A model generated the notes under the pieces. That model made no database searches, had not been told where the DNA came from, and saw only the letters and a program-made list of their open reading frames with translations. Positions 48,591 to 59,200 of a DNA stretch of 64,000 nt are shown one piece after another. The position numbers and the translations under genes were made by a program. The DNA comes from Candidatus Sumerlaeia bacterium (GTDB lineage Bacteria; Sumerlaeota; Sumerlaeia; SLMS01; JANRJK01). Every line of letters starts with the position of its first letter. Within the stretch, counting starts at the first letter, position 1. The stretch spans positions 96,001-160,000 of the forward strand of contig JANRJK010000013.1 of NCBI GenBank assembly GCA_033764015.1, read 5' to 3'.

Positions 48591-49256
48591 CTACTCGTAC
48601 CGCATCCAATTCGCTCCGGTCGATGCCGTCGGCGCGGGGAAGAGCGGGCTGCGTACCAGATTTCCCGCCTCGCTGCCGTTGGTTGGATCGTACACCCGCG
48701 TCCAATCGTTGAACCCGCCAATCGTTCCGTCCGGCCCCGCCGACATGACGGCCCAATCGCCGAGGCGCGACCCGAAGACGGTGATCTGGGTAGACGTTGG
48801 CGGCGTCGCGGTCCCGCCTCCCGGGAACGGACAGGTCGAGCCCAGCGAAAACAGGGAGATGAGCTGCGTTCGCGTCGCGTAGGTGTACTTCGGCGAAAGG
48901 GGGGCGGAGGGCGCCGGGCTCAGGAAGACGTCGTCCTTGAGCGAAGCGACGTAGGCCACCGGCGTGGTCACCTGGGTGGAAAGGGTCAGGAATCCCCATT
49001 CTCCTTCCGGGAAGTCAGCCGCGCGCCCGAGGCACTTCCAAGTCTGGAGCGGCAGCTCGCCGGTGTCCACTTCGTAGGCAAGCACGGCTTGGTAGATCTC
49101 GTTGAGGTCCGCGTTCGCCTGCGTCAGCACCGAGTTCGCGCGCGCGCGCTCCCATTGCGGGAGCGCAACTGCGGCGAGGGTGCCAAGGATGCCCGCCAAG
49201 ATCAACAGTTCCAGCAATGAAGTGGCGCGCGAAGGTAGTATCAGCATTGCAGCCAT
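48591..49256 (-). CDS. Divergent pseudopilin-like protein
   Basis: AGGAG RBS; ATSLLELLILAGILGTLAAVALP, AYEVD, TTPVAY, SAGPD and YDPTNG; paralogous to 39734-40345. Confidence 0.75.
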   Translation of the reverse strand: MAAMLILPSRATSLLELLILAGILGTLAAVALPQWERARANSVLTQANADLNEIYQAVLAYEVDTGELPLQTWKCLGRAADFPEGEWGFLTLSTQVTTPVAYVASLKDDVFLSPAPSAPLSPKYTYATRTQLISLFSLGSTCPFPGGGTATPPTSTQITVFGSRLGDWAVMSAGPDGTIGGFNDWTRVYDPTNGSEAGNLVRSPLFPAPTASTGANWMRYE

Positions 49257-49382
49257 GCAACGAACTCCTGATGGGATACCCGCGTTCGGCAGGAACCGTT
49301 CCCGTCGGGAGGCGGTGAGAGCCGGCGATAGCCGCCGCCCATAGCCATGCGGTTGGGTCGGTCCGGGCTCACCACACGCAAC

Positions 49383-49410
49383 AAAGGGGGCCGGCGCTGG
49401 CCGGCCCCCT
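49383..49410 (-). terminator. Probable terminator after the SDR gene
   Basis: 11-bp stem AGGGGGCCGGC-GCTG-GCCGGCCCCCT ending in TTT on the minus strand. Confidence 0.6.
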
Positions 49411-49449
49411 CGTTCCATCAAGCGCAGCCCCGTCCCGGGCGAGCCGGCG

Positions 49450-50199
49450 TCAGAGCTGCGTCATGCCGCCGTCAACCACGAGGTCCGCGCCGATCGTGTA
49501 GCTTGCGTCGGCGCTGGCGAGGAAGAGCACCGCCGCGGCGACCTCCGCGACAGTGCCCATGCGCTTCTGTGGAACGCCGGCCACGAGGGTGTCGCCGAGG
49601 CCCGCCTTCGCCTCCGCGGGCATATCCAGCTTTCCGAAGATCGGCGTTTCGATCGGGCCCGGGCTGACCGAGTTGACCCGGATTCCCAGTGGCAGCAGTT
49701 CCGCGGACAGCGTGCGGGCGAGACTGCGGACCGCCGCCTTGGTCGCGCTGTAGACCGACGTGTGCGGGAAGCCGAGCTGGGCGGCGACGCTGGCGTTCAC
49801 GACGATCGCCGATCCCCGGGGCATCAGAGGCACCGCGTCCCGGATGGTGAAGTACAGTCCGCGCACGTTCGTGTTGAACTGGTTGTCGAAGAACTCCGGC
49901 GTGGTGGCCCCGATGGTAGCGAACTGCGCGACGCCCGCGTTCGCGAACAGCGCATCGACCCTCCCGAAGCGCGCCTTCACGTCGGCGAACAGTGCGGAAA
50001 TGTCGTCTGGTCGCGAAATGTCGGCGCGAATCCCCGTCGCATTGGGGCCAAGCTGCGCCGCCGCCTCCGCCACCCTTTGCGCGTTGCGGCCGACGACGAC
50101 AACCTGCGCCCCTTCCCCGATGAAGGCTTCGGCGGTGCCGAACCCGATGCCGCTGTTGCCGCCGGTGACGACGGCGATCTTCCCCTGGAAACGCCCCAT
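49450..50199 (-). CDS. SDR family oxidoreductase
   Basis: TGGNSGIG, FANAG, YSATK, IRVNSVSPG and VDGG. Confidence 0.93.
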   Translation of the reverse strand: MGRFQGKIAVVTGGNSGIGFGTAEAFIGEGAQVVVVGRNAQRVAEAAAQLGPNATGIRADISRPDDISALFADVKARFGRVDALFANAGVAQFATIGATTPEFFDNQFNTNVRGLYFTIRDAVPLMPRGSAIVVNASVAAQLGFPHTSVYSATKAAVRSLARTLSAELLPLGIRVNSVSPGPIETPIFGKLDMPAEAKAGLGDTLVAGVPQKRMGTVAEVAAAVLFLASADASYTIGADLVVDGGMTQL

Positions 50200-50339
50200 T
50201 TCGATGCCCCTTAGGTCGTGTCGGCGCCTGTGCGCCGGCGGTTGGGGACGCGAACCCCGGGCCAAGCCCGCCTTTCCCGTTGCCGGTCTTGCGGCGCCCG
50301 GTGTCCCGCTAGGCGATCCCGTGGGGCGAAGGGCGTGCG

Positions 50340-51971
50340 ATGGCTGGCGGCGGATTGGCGGGTTTGGACTACGCGGTGTCGGGGGCGCTGGTGGCGCTGA
50401 TGGTGTTCGTGGGCTGGCGCATGTCGCGGTCCGCGTCCGACGGCACCGGCGGGTTCTTCCTCGGAGGCCGGCGCGTGCCGGCGTGGGCGGCGTGCCTGTC
50501 CTTCGTCGCCGCGGAGATCAGTGCGATGACGATCGTGGGCGTGCCGGCGGACTCCTACCGGTCGAACTGGAACTACGCGCAGTTCTTCATCGGCTCCGCG
50601 CTGGCCCGCGTGGTGGTGGCGTTCGTCTTCATCCCGGCGTTCTTCTCCGCGAACTGCACGACGATCTACGAATTCCTGCGCGACCGCTTCGGCGCGCCGA
50701 CGCAGTACGGCGCGACGGGGCTCTTCTTCGCCACGCGGCTGCTGGCGTCGGGCGTGCGGCTGTACCTCGCGTCGCTCGCGGTGGCGACGATCATGGGCTG
50801 GGGCCTCGCGCCGACCGTTCTGGCGTTCACCATCGTACCTATCCTCTTCATGGGCTTCGGGGGGATGCGGGCGGCGATCTGGACCGGCGTGGTGCAGGCG
50901 GTGGTGTTCCTGGCGGGGGGGCTCGCGGTGCTGGCGTTCCTGCACCTGTCGCTGGACGGCGGGATCGCGGCGGCGTTCGCGAGCGCGTTCCCGGTGGGGC
51001 CGGAGGCCGCCGCGCGGGCCTCCGCGAGCGCGATCCCCGCGGCGCAGGCGGTCTTCGCCGCCGCGGCGGAAAGCGGCTCGCGCGCGCCGTACTTCTTCAA
51101 CCTCGCCTGGAACCCGGGGCCCTACGAGCCCGGCGGCGCGATGGCGTTCCTGCACGGCGTCTTCGGCTCGAGCGCGGCGCTCTGGACCGGCGTGATCGCG
51201 GGCTTCTTCACCTCGCTGGCGTCCTTCGGCACGGATCAGGAGAACGCGCAGCGGCTGCTCTGCGTCGAGACGCGCCGCCAGAGCCAGCGGATGATCCTGT
51301 GGACCATCGTCGCGGGCGGCGCCGTGCTGCTGGTGTACCTCGCGGTGGGCTCCGGGCTCGCGGCGTACTACCTGGCGAACGCCGCCGCGACGCTTCCGGA
51401 GAAGACCGACAACGTGTTCCCGCACTTCATCGCGACGGTGCTGCCGGCGGGCCTCAAGGGCCTCCTGCTCGGCGCCATCGTCCTGGCGAGCATCGACTCG
51501 CCGCTCGTCAGCCTCTCGACCTCCGCGGTGACGGACCTCTACCGCCCGCTGGTGCGCCGCGGCGCGGACGAGGCGCACTACGTCCGGGTGTCGCGCTTCG
51601 CGGTGGCGGGGTTCGGCGCGGTGCTCGGCGCGCTGGCGATGTTCTTCTCGGGCTTCGACGGGGCGCTCTGGGTGGGGTTCAAGATCGGCGGCGTCACCTT
51701 CGGCTCGCTGCTCGGCGTGTTCCTCGTGGGCATCCTGTGGAAGGGGCGCGCGGGCGACGCGGCGCTCTGGGCCATGGGGGCCAACACCGCCGCGATGGCG
51801 GCGCTGCTCTGGCTGATCGAAACGAAGGTGCTATGGCTTTCCTGGGCGTGGCTGCCGGTCCTCGGGACCGTGTGCACCGCGGGTCTGACGCTGGCCCTCG
51901 CGGGGCTGCGCGCGCCGGCGCCGCGCGCGGCCGCCCCCGCGCCGGAGGCGGCCGGATCGCAACCCGCGTGA
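50340..51971 (+). CDS. Sodium:solute symporter family transporter
   Basis: FFLGGRRVPAW, TIYEFLRDRFG, GGMRAAIWTGVVQ and FGTDQENAQRLL. Confidence 0.9.
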   Translation: MAGGGLAGLDYAVSGALVALMVFVGWRMSRSASDGTGGFFLGGRRVPAWAACLSFVAAEISAMTIVGVPADSYRSNWNYAQFFIGSALARVVVAFVFIPAFFSANCTTIYEFLRDRFGAPTQYGATGLFFATRLLASGVRLYLASLAVATIMGWGLAPTVLAFTIVPILFMGFGGMRAAIWTGVVQAVVFLAGGLAVLAFLHLSLDGGIAAAFASAFPVGPEAAARASASAIPAAQAVFAAAAESGSRAPYFFNLAWNPGPYEPGGAMAFLHGVFGSSAALWTGVIAGFFTSLASFGTDQENAQRLLCVETRRQSQRMILWTIVAGGAVLLVYLAVGSGLAAYYLANAAATLPEKTDNVFPHFIATVLPAGLKGLLLGAIVLASIDSPLVSLSTSAVTDLYRPLVRRGADEAHYVRVSRFAVAGFGAVLGALAMFFSGFDGALWVGFKIGGVTFGSLLGVFLVGILWKGRAGDAALWAMGANTAAMAALLWLIETKVLWLSWAWLPVLGTVCTAGLTLALAGLRAPAPRAAAPAPEAAGSQPA

Positions 51972-51981
51972 GGGGACCGCG

Positions 51982-54291
51982 CTACTTCTTCTCCGCCGCG
52001 CGCGTGTAGCGCACCAGGCGGTCGTGCATCAGCGTGAGGAGCTGCGGGCGGCCCGACTCGTCCATGTCCTCGGCGACCACCTCGCGCGGCTCCGCCGGCG
52101 AATCGAGGTTCGAGCGCGCCGCGATGGAGCGCTCCTCGTCGAACGCCTTGAACGAGTAGAAGCGCAGCAGCGCCTCCTCCTTCGCCTCGTCGCGGCCGAG
52201 CGCGAAGAACTCGAGCAGGTGCTCCTTGGCCTCCACCGCCACGATCTCGTCGGGGCCGCCAGGGAGGAGCTGCGCCGAGAACACGCCGTGGTAGCCGCCG
52301 TCCTCGACCTCGGTGCGGGCCATGGCGGCGGTGGCGAAGCCGCCGTTCATGCGGCGGGTGTGGATCACCGCGAGCCGGTCCTGCGCGAGGAGCAGCACGT
52401 CGTCGCGCTTGTCGCCGTCCAAGTCGAGCGCCTGCATCGCGGTGTACTCGCCGCGGTCCAGATCGACATTCGCGAGCAGCGCGTAGGGGCCGTCCTTCTC
52501 CTCGACGCCGTAGAACGTCACGCAGCGGTTGGCCGCGTCGAGCAGGGCCACGTCGCGGCGTCCGCCGTCGCGGAACGAGCCGGTGGCCGCGGCGACGAGG
52601 CGCGAGCGGCTGTTGCGCCCGTTCATCTGCGCGAGGACCTCGGGCACGCCTTCGGCGCCGATGGCGAAGGCGCGGGCGAAGTCGCTCTTCACCGCGAGGG
52701 CCACCGGCTCCTTGGCGCCCTCGAGCGCGACCTGGAGGAGCTGTCCGGGGCGGAGGTCCTTCATCATTCCTTCGAGCACGCCCGAAGCGGTCGGGAGCGG
52801 TGCGAACGCGCCGTCCCCGTTGGCTAGGAGGAGCCGGGCGGGCTGGAACTCGTAGAAGACGACGAGGTCGCCGCGCCCGTCGCGGTTCACGTCGGCGCTG
52901 GCGAGGGCGGTGGCGTCCTTCAGCGCGAGCGCGGCGGCGTCCTCCGGCTTGGCGAGGGCGGGGCGCGCGTTCTCCGGCGCGCCGTCCTTCAGCTCGAAGG
53001 CGGCCAGCTCGAAGCCGCCGTCCTTCTCGCGCAGCGCGACGAGGAGCGGCTTGCCCGCCTGGTCGGCGAGGGCGGTCGCCTTCACGACACCGAGCTGCGG
53101 CAGGATGCGGGGGAGCGGAAGCGAGGCGGAGTCTTTCGCCGCCTCGACCACGCCGGCGGCCTTCTCGGCTCCGCTGAAGAGGAGCAGCGGCGTCCGTTCC
53201 CCGCGCCCCGCGGGGAGCGCGAGCACCTTCTCGACGCCGCGGAAGGTCGGGTGCGCGGTGACGTCGAGGCCGCCGGAGCGCGTCTGGCGCAGCACGCGGA
53301 GGCTCGCGCCGCGGGCGCTGGAGACGACGACATCGAGGCGCCCGTCGCCGTCCACGTCCGCGAGCGCCATGTCGGCGCGCTCGGCGGGGAACTCCGGGTC
53401 GAAGGCCACGGTGTGCAGGTCCGACGCGTCGATCGCCTTCGCGGAGCCGTCGTCCTTCGGGGCGTCCGCCAGGCGCAGCAGCGCCAGCTCGCGAGTCTGC
53501 TCGAGGATGCCGGCGACGCCGTCGCGGACCCCCGGCGCGCGCAGCGGCGCCATCGCGCGGAGCTGGCTGGTGCGGACGCGGAACTCGGAGGGGAAGGTCT
53601 TCTCCGGGGATTGCAGGCGGACCACGAGGAACTCGCGCGCGCCCGCGTCCTGGAAGAGGATGTCGGTCAGGCCGTCCTGGTCGAGGTCGAGGAGCAGCGG
53701 CTCGGCGGTCGGCTCGTAGGCGGTGAAGAAGGTCGCCGCGGGATCGAGGTCCACCGCCCCCTTCTTCCCGGCGAGAAGCTGGAACACGCCCTTGCGGTAG
53801 GCGAGGATGTCGGGGTCGCGGTCGCCGTTGAGCTCCCCGGCGACCGCCACGTCGGCCTCGAGGCCGGTTTCGACCGGCGGCTGCAGCTTGCCGTCGCGGT
53901 CCTGGTACATGGCGAGGACGCGGGTGCCCTGGATCGTGAGGAGCAGGTCCGTGCGCCCGTCGCCGTCGATGTCGGCGGGGGTGATGGAGCGGGCCGTGGC
54001 GGTGAGCGGAATGCGCTCCTGGCGGTAGCCGGCCTCCTCGCCGCGGTCGGCGTAGTAGACGTCGAGGACGCCCTTCTCGTTCGAGACCATCGCGATATCG
54101 AGGCGCCCGTCGCCGTTCAGGTCGGCGGTGGCGAGTTCGGACGAGCGACGCTCCGCGGCGAGCGGATGCGGTCCGTCGAGGCGGAAGCCCTCGGCGTCCG
54201 CGGGGAGTTCGGCGGTCGCGCTACCCGCGGCGATCGCGAAGGCCAGCGCGGCGGCGGCGCGGGTGCGGAGCGTTGCGGAGTGCTTAGTCAT
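51982..54291 (-). CDS. Secreted FG-GAP/VCBS repeat protein
   Basis: Signal peptide and many DxNGDGRxD repeats (DLNGDGRLD, DIDGDGRTD, DVDGDGRLD, DVNRDGRGD, DLDGDKRDD). Confidence 0.85.
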   Translation of the reverse strand: MTKHSATLRTRAAAALAFAIAAGSATAELPADAEGFRLDGPHPLAAERRSSELATADLNGDGRLDIAMVSNEKGVLDVYYADRGEEAGYRQERIPLTATARSITPADIDGDGRTDLLLTIQGTRVLAMYQDRDGKLQPPVETGLEADVAVAGELNGDRDPDILAYRKGVFQLLAGKKGAVDLDPAATFFTAYEPTAEPLLLDLDQDGLTDILFQDAGAREFLVVRLQSPEKTFPSEFRVRTSQLRAMAPLRAPGVRDGVAGILEQTRELALLRLADAPKDDGSAKAIDASDLHTVAFDPEFPAERADMALADVDGDGRLDVVVSSARGASLRVLRQTRSGGLDVTAHPTFRGVEKVLALPAGRGERTPLLLFSGAEKAAGVVEAAKDSASLPLPRILPQLGVVKATALADQAGKPLLVALREKDGGFELAAFELKDGAPENARPALAKPEDAAALALKDATALASADVNRDGRGDLVVFYEFQPARLLLANGDGAFAPLPTASGVLEGMMKDLRPGQLLQVALEGAKEPVALAVKSDFARAFAIGAEGVPEVLAQMNGRNSRSRLVAAATGSFRDGGRRDVALLDAANRCVTFYGVEEKDGPYALLANVDLDRGEYTAMQALDLDGDKRDDVLLLAQDRLAVIHTRRMNGGFATAAMARTEVEDGGYHGVFSAQLLPGGPDEIVAVEAKEHLLEFFALGRDEAKEEALLRFYSFKAFDEERSIAARSNLDSPAEPREVVAEDMDESGRPQLLTLMHDRLVRYTRAAEKK

Positions 54292-55468
54292 CTTCTTCCT
54301 CCTCGTTGCTTCCCGCCGCGGCGGCCGCGACGGCGAAGAATGCCAAATCGTCATCCGTGGGGGCCGCCGCCGGGGGGGCGGCGTCCACGCCCTTCGCCCC
54401 TCCGCGCTGGCGCGAATCCGTCGCCAGGTTTCCGCAGGCCCCGCTGATGTCCTGCGCCTTCGACCAGCGCACGCTCACCGTGAAGAACTCGTCCAGCAGC
54501 ACCGCGGCGAACCGGTCCACCGCCGAGGTGTCGGGGCGCTCGAACGGCAGCGCGGGGTTCGTGTTGAAGGGGATCAGGTTCACCTTCGCCCGCATTCCCC
54601 GCAGCAGTTCCGCGACCTGTCGCGCGTGGGCCTCGCTGTCGTTCAGGCCCTTCAGCAGCACGTACTCGTAGGTGATGCGGCGCCCCGGGCGCAGCGGGAA
54701 CTCGCGGAGCGCGGCGAGCAGCTCCTCGAGCGGGTACTTGCGCGTGATCGGCATGATCGCCTCGCGCATCGCCTGCGTGGGGGCGTTCAGGCTGACGGCG
54801 AGGTTCACCGAGGTGTCCGCCGCGGCGAGTTCGCGGATGCCGGGGATGATGCCGCTGGTCGAAACCGTGATGCGGCGCGGCGACAGGTCGACGCCGTCGT
54901 GGTTCGTGAGCAGGCGGATCGACTTCACCACCGCCTCCGTGTTGAGGAGCGGCTCGCCCATGCCCATGTACACAAGGTTGCGGAAGATGGCGTCCGGCTC
55001 GCGCTCCTTGAGGTGCCTGCGCGCGAAGAGCACCTGGTCGACGATCTCGTCCGCGGACATGTGGCGGAAGAAGCCGTTCGCGCCGGTGAGGCAGAACTTG
55101 CAGTCCACCGCGCAGCCCACCTGCGAGCTGAGGCAGAGGGTGTAGTAGTTCCGCTTCGTGTCGGGCATCAGGACCGACTCGATCTTCCTGCCGTCGGCGA
55201 GGCGGAAGAGGAACTTGGTGGAGCCGTCGCCGGAGGGGACCGAGCGGACGGCCTCCTCGACGCCCCCGAGGCGCGTATGCTCCGCGAGCCAGCCGCGCAG
55301 CTTCGCCGGGAGGTTCGCCATCTCCTCGAAGGAGCGGGCGCCCCGTGCGTGGAGCCAGTGGAAGAGCTGCTTGGCGCGGAAGCGTTCGTAGCCCGCCGCG
55401 GCGAGCAGCTCGGCGAGTTCCTCCGGGGTCATGCCGCGGAGCGGCGGCGGGGCGTTAGCGGTCATCAT
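54284..55468 (-). CDS. rlmN: 23S rRNA (adenine(2503)-C2)-methyltransferase, radical SAM
   Basis: IESV, CLSSQVGCAVDCKFC, YMGMGEP, TVSTSG, VNLIPFN and DISGACG. Confidence 0.96.
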   Translation of the reverse strand: MMTANAPPPLRGMTPEELAELLAAAGYERFRAKQLFHWLHARGARSFEEMANLPAKLRGWLAEHTRLGGVEEAVRSVPSGDGSTKFLFRLADGRKIESVLMPDTKRNYYTLCLSSQVGCAVDCKFCLTGANGFFRHMSADEIVDQVLFARRHLKEREPDAIFRNLVYMGMGEPLLNTEAVVKSIRLLTNHDGVDLSPRRITVSTSGIIPGIRELAAADTSVNLAVSLNAPTQAMREAIMPITRKYPLEELLAALREFPLRPGRRITYEYVLLKGLNDSEAHARQVAELLRGMRAKVNLIPFNTNPALPFERPDTSAVDRFAAVLLDEFFTVSVRWSKAQDISGACGNLATDSRQRGGAKGVDAAPPAAAPTDDDLAFFAVAAAAAGSNEEEEDD

Positions 55469-55580
55469 TCGTTCCGTCGGCGGTGGCCGTCCCCGAAGCA
55501 TCCGGTGGCCGGGGCATGGTTCGCAAGCGCAGTGCGGCGGAACCTTGCGCCGCCCCGGCGGGGCCGCCAGCCTGCGCAGC

Positions 55581-56102
55581 ATGTTGACGCGACGCGACGC
55601 CATCCGCCTGCTTGGGGCCTTCGGCCTGCTTGCGCTGTTCGGGCCTTCGGGCTGCGCGCTGCGCGCGGGGAGGCGGCGCGCGGCCCCCGCGCCGGCGGCT
55701 CCGGAGGCGCTCCGCGCCGTGCCGCACGAGGCGCTGCCGGACGGCGCCGTCGTGATGCGGGCGAACCTTCCGCGCCCCGGACCGGAGGTCGCCGTGCTGG
55801 TCGAAGCGGGGACGCCGGCGGGCGGCCTCGAACCCGTCCTGCTGGTGGCGGGGCGCGACGGGGCCCTCGGGGCGTACTCGCGGCTCGACGCGGCGTCCGG
55901 GGCGGAGCTGCTTCCGGTGCGCTCGGGCGGACGGCTGTTCTGGGAGTGCCCGCGGTGGGGTTCGCGGTACGACTGGGAGCTGTCGCGGGTGCTGCGCGGC
56001 CCTTCGGACCGGTTGCCGCGGCGCTACGGGCTGTCCGAGGGCCCGGAGTCGCTGCAGGTGGTGGGTCGCAGTGGCGACGCCCCGGTCGAAAGTTCTCCTT
56101 AA
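55581..56102 (+). CDS. Tat-exported (lipo)protein with a degenerate Rieske-like domain
   Basis: TRRDAI twin-Arg signal and PSGC lipobox; WECPRWGSRYD..VLRGPS..LPR resembles Rieske box 2. Confidence 0.6.
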   Translation: MLTRRDAIRLLGAFGLLALFGPSGCALRAGRRRAAPAPAAPEALRAVPHEALPDGAVVMRANLPRPGPEVAVLVEAGTPAGGLEPVLLVAGRDGALGAYSRLDAASGAELLPVRSGGRLFWECPRWGSRYDWELSRVLRGPSDRLPRRYGLSEGPESLQVVGRSGDAPVESSP

Positions 56103-56216
56103 CCCGGCGCCCTGCGCCCTTGTAATCCCCCGGGGAATGATGCAGAACCGCACGCGAGGGCGACGCGGGCGCACCCGGGCACCGGGCGCCGGCGGGCCGC
56201 GACAGGGGCGCCGCGC

Positions 56217-59200
56217 ATGAAGACTTCGTACTCTCCCGACACGATCGCGAAGGTGTCCAAGGCTCTCGATCCGCAAGACGTGATCGAGTTCGTGGACTAC
56301 CGGCCGGAGATGATGCAGCGCGCCGGCACCACGATCCGCTGCGCCTGCCCGGCCCACAAGGAGGAGGGCTCCACGCGCTCCCTCGAAGTCGACCTCGCCA
56401 CGAAGGCCTGCAAGTGCGAGGAGGCGGGATGCCCCGCGTCCTTCGGCTGCGACCTGGTGACGCTCTATGCGCTCGCCACCGGCAAGAGCTTCGACACGGC
56501 GTTGGAGACCCTCGCCGAGGAATTCGGCATCCACATCGCCAAGGGCGACTCGAAGGAGTCCGTGGACGACCTTCGGAAGGTCGCCATGGAGGCGCTCGGG
56601 CGCGCCCAGTCGGACGACCGCAACCGTGTGTCGCACCTGGACGACGCGGAGCGCAGCCTGCGCAAGCTGCAGGCGCTCAACCCGGACGACCCCGAGATCC
56701 TCGCCGGCCTTTTCGAGGTCGAAAAGGACCGCGCCAACCTTCTCGAACTCGGCAACGTGACCGAGAAGCTCTACGCGCAGCTCACGGTCCGGGGCGACGC
56801 GGAGCGCGCGTCGCGCTACTTCGCCGAGTACCTCGAGGCGAACCCGTTCGACGTTCGGCTGCGGCGCAAGGTGGCGGAGCTGTTCCTCCAGCAGGGCCGC
56901 CGCGAGGAGGCGGTGCAGCTCCTGATGGCCGCCTGCGACAGCGCGGAGCAGGCGCAGCAGTACGACGCCGCCCTCGAGATGTACCACCGCATCGAGACGG
57001 TCGGCGGCGACGTCGTGGATGTGCACCCGATGATCGTGCAGCTCCTCACGCAGCTCGGCCGCAAGCAGGACGCCGCGAAGCAGATCGTCCGGCGCGCCGC
57101 GAAGCTCCGCGACGGCGGCAACCTCGTCGGGGCGGCGGAGACGCTCCTGGAGGTCCTAGAGCTGGAGCCGCCCAACACGGTGGTGCGCCTCGAGGCGATC
57201 AAGCTGCTGGCGGCCTCCGGGCTCTCGGAGGAGTCGACGCAGCGGTGCCTTGCGCTGGCGGACGAGATGCTCGAGCGCAACGACCCGCGGCGCTACCTGG
57301 AGGTGCTCCGTCTGCTCGCGCAGAAGCTACCGGACCACATCGGCCTGCTCGAGCGGCTCACCTTCGCGGAGCGCCAGCACGGCGAGCTGCGCCGGGCCGC
57401 CGAACTGGAGATGCGACTCGCGTTCCTCTACGAGGAGGCCGGCATCTACGAGAAGGCTCTCCTCCTCCTGGACAGCCTCCTCTCCGAGTTCCCGCAAAGC
57501 GTCGAAATCATGCGCCTGGTCTTCACGCTCCACGTGAAGGAGGGGGACGAGGAGGCCGCGCAGGTGATGCTCGAGCGCGCCTTGGCGACCGCGCGGGAGC
57601 TAGGGAACGACGACGCGGAGTTCTCGGTGCTCGAGAAGGCGGCGGAGCTGCTCCCGGAGAGCGCGGAGAACGCGGCGGAGCTGTTCGACTTCCTCCGCGC
57701 GAAGGGCGGCCCGGAGCGGCTGGCGCAGACCGTGCACGCCCACATCGAGCGCTTCCGCAAGGCGGAGAACATGCCGGGCCTCCTCGGCGCGCTGGAGACG
57801 GCGGGACGCCTCGAACCGCGGGAGCCGCGGCACGACCTGGAGCTCGCGGACCTCCGCACCGCCTTCGGCGACCCGGAGGGAGCCGCCGCCGCGCGGCTAC
57901 ACGGCGTCGAGAAGCTGCTCGCGCTCGACCGGGTCGACATGGCGGAGGCGCAGCTCGCGGCGGTGCTGGAGGAGAACCCCTCGCACCTCGCCGCGCTCCG
58001 GCTGCGCGCCCAGCTCCTCGACCGGCAGGGCAAGCGCGCGGAGGCGCGCGCGGTGCTGCTTCGCCTCGTGGACGCGCTGATCGCCGGAAAGTCCTTCGAT
58101 GAGGCGCAGGAGGTCCTGGCCCGCGTGACCGAGTCGGGGGGGAGCGACCTGGCCACGCTGCAGCGCGTGATCGACCTGGCGTCCGAGCGCGAGGACGAGG
58201 AGACCTACTGCAAGCACGCGCGCATGATCGTGGAGATCCACAAGACGGCGGGCGACGCGGAGGCCGCGCTCAAGCAGGGCGAGCTGATCCTCACGCTCCG
58301 CCCGGAGGATCCCCCGACGCTCAAGCTTCTCGCCGAGGTGCACGCCAAGGCCGGGGACGCGCAGCGGTCGGCGGACGCGCTGCGGCGACGCGCCTTCGCC
58401 CTGCGCCGTGGAACGGACCGCGACGAGGAGCGCCGCGCCATCGAAGCGCTCCTCGCGCAGGCGCCCAAGGACCGCGAGGCGCTCGAGCGGCTCACCGCGC
58501 TGCTCTACGAGGCGGGCGACACGGCCGCGGCGTCGAAGCGGCTCGACGAACTGGCCGCCGCGTCCTCCGAATCCGACCTGGAGAATTCGCTCCGCGACCT
58601 CGTGATCCGCCACCAGGACGATGTGGCGCTCCACGCCCGCCTCATCGCCGTCCTCCGGAAGGGCGGCGACCGCTCGTCGCTGGCGACCGCGCTGCTGTCG
58701 CTGGTGCAGGTGCACGAGCGCGCGGAGCGCTGGCGGGAGGCCCTCGCGCTCTACCGCGACGTGCTGCAGGTGTCGCCCGACAGCGTGGTGGCCCGCATGT
58801 CGATGGTCGAATGCCTCAAGCGCATCGGCGACCGCACCGGAGCCATCGACGCGCTGGTGGGCCTCGCGGAGCTGCACGCGCGGCAGGGCAACCTCGAAGA
58901 GGCCTCGGCCCGCTTCGACGACGCGATCCGGCAGGAGGTGCTGCTGGAGCGCACCTACCGGGCGAAGGCGCAGATGCTGCGCAACGCCGGCCGCGCGGAG
59001 GCCGCCGGCGACGCGTTCATGCAGTACGCCGAGGCGCTCCTCGCCGCAGACCGCCGCGCCGACGCCGTGAAGGCGATGCGCAACGCGGTCGAGATGGACC
59101 CCACCAACCGCGAGCTCCGGTCGCGGCTCGTCACCGCGCTCACGGAGAGCGGCAACGCGGGCGAGGCGGTGAAGGAGCTGTCGAACATGGCCGACGCTCT

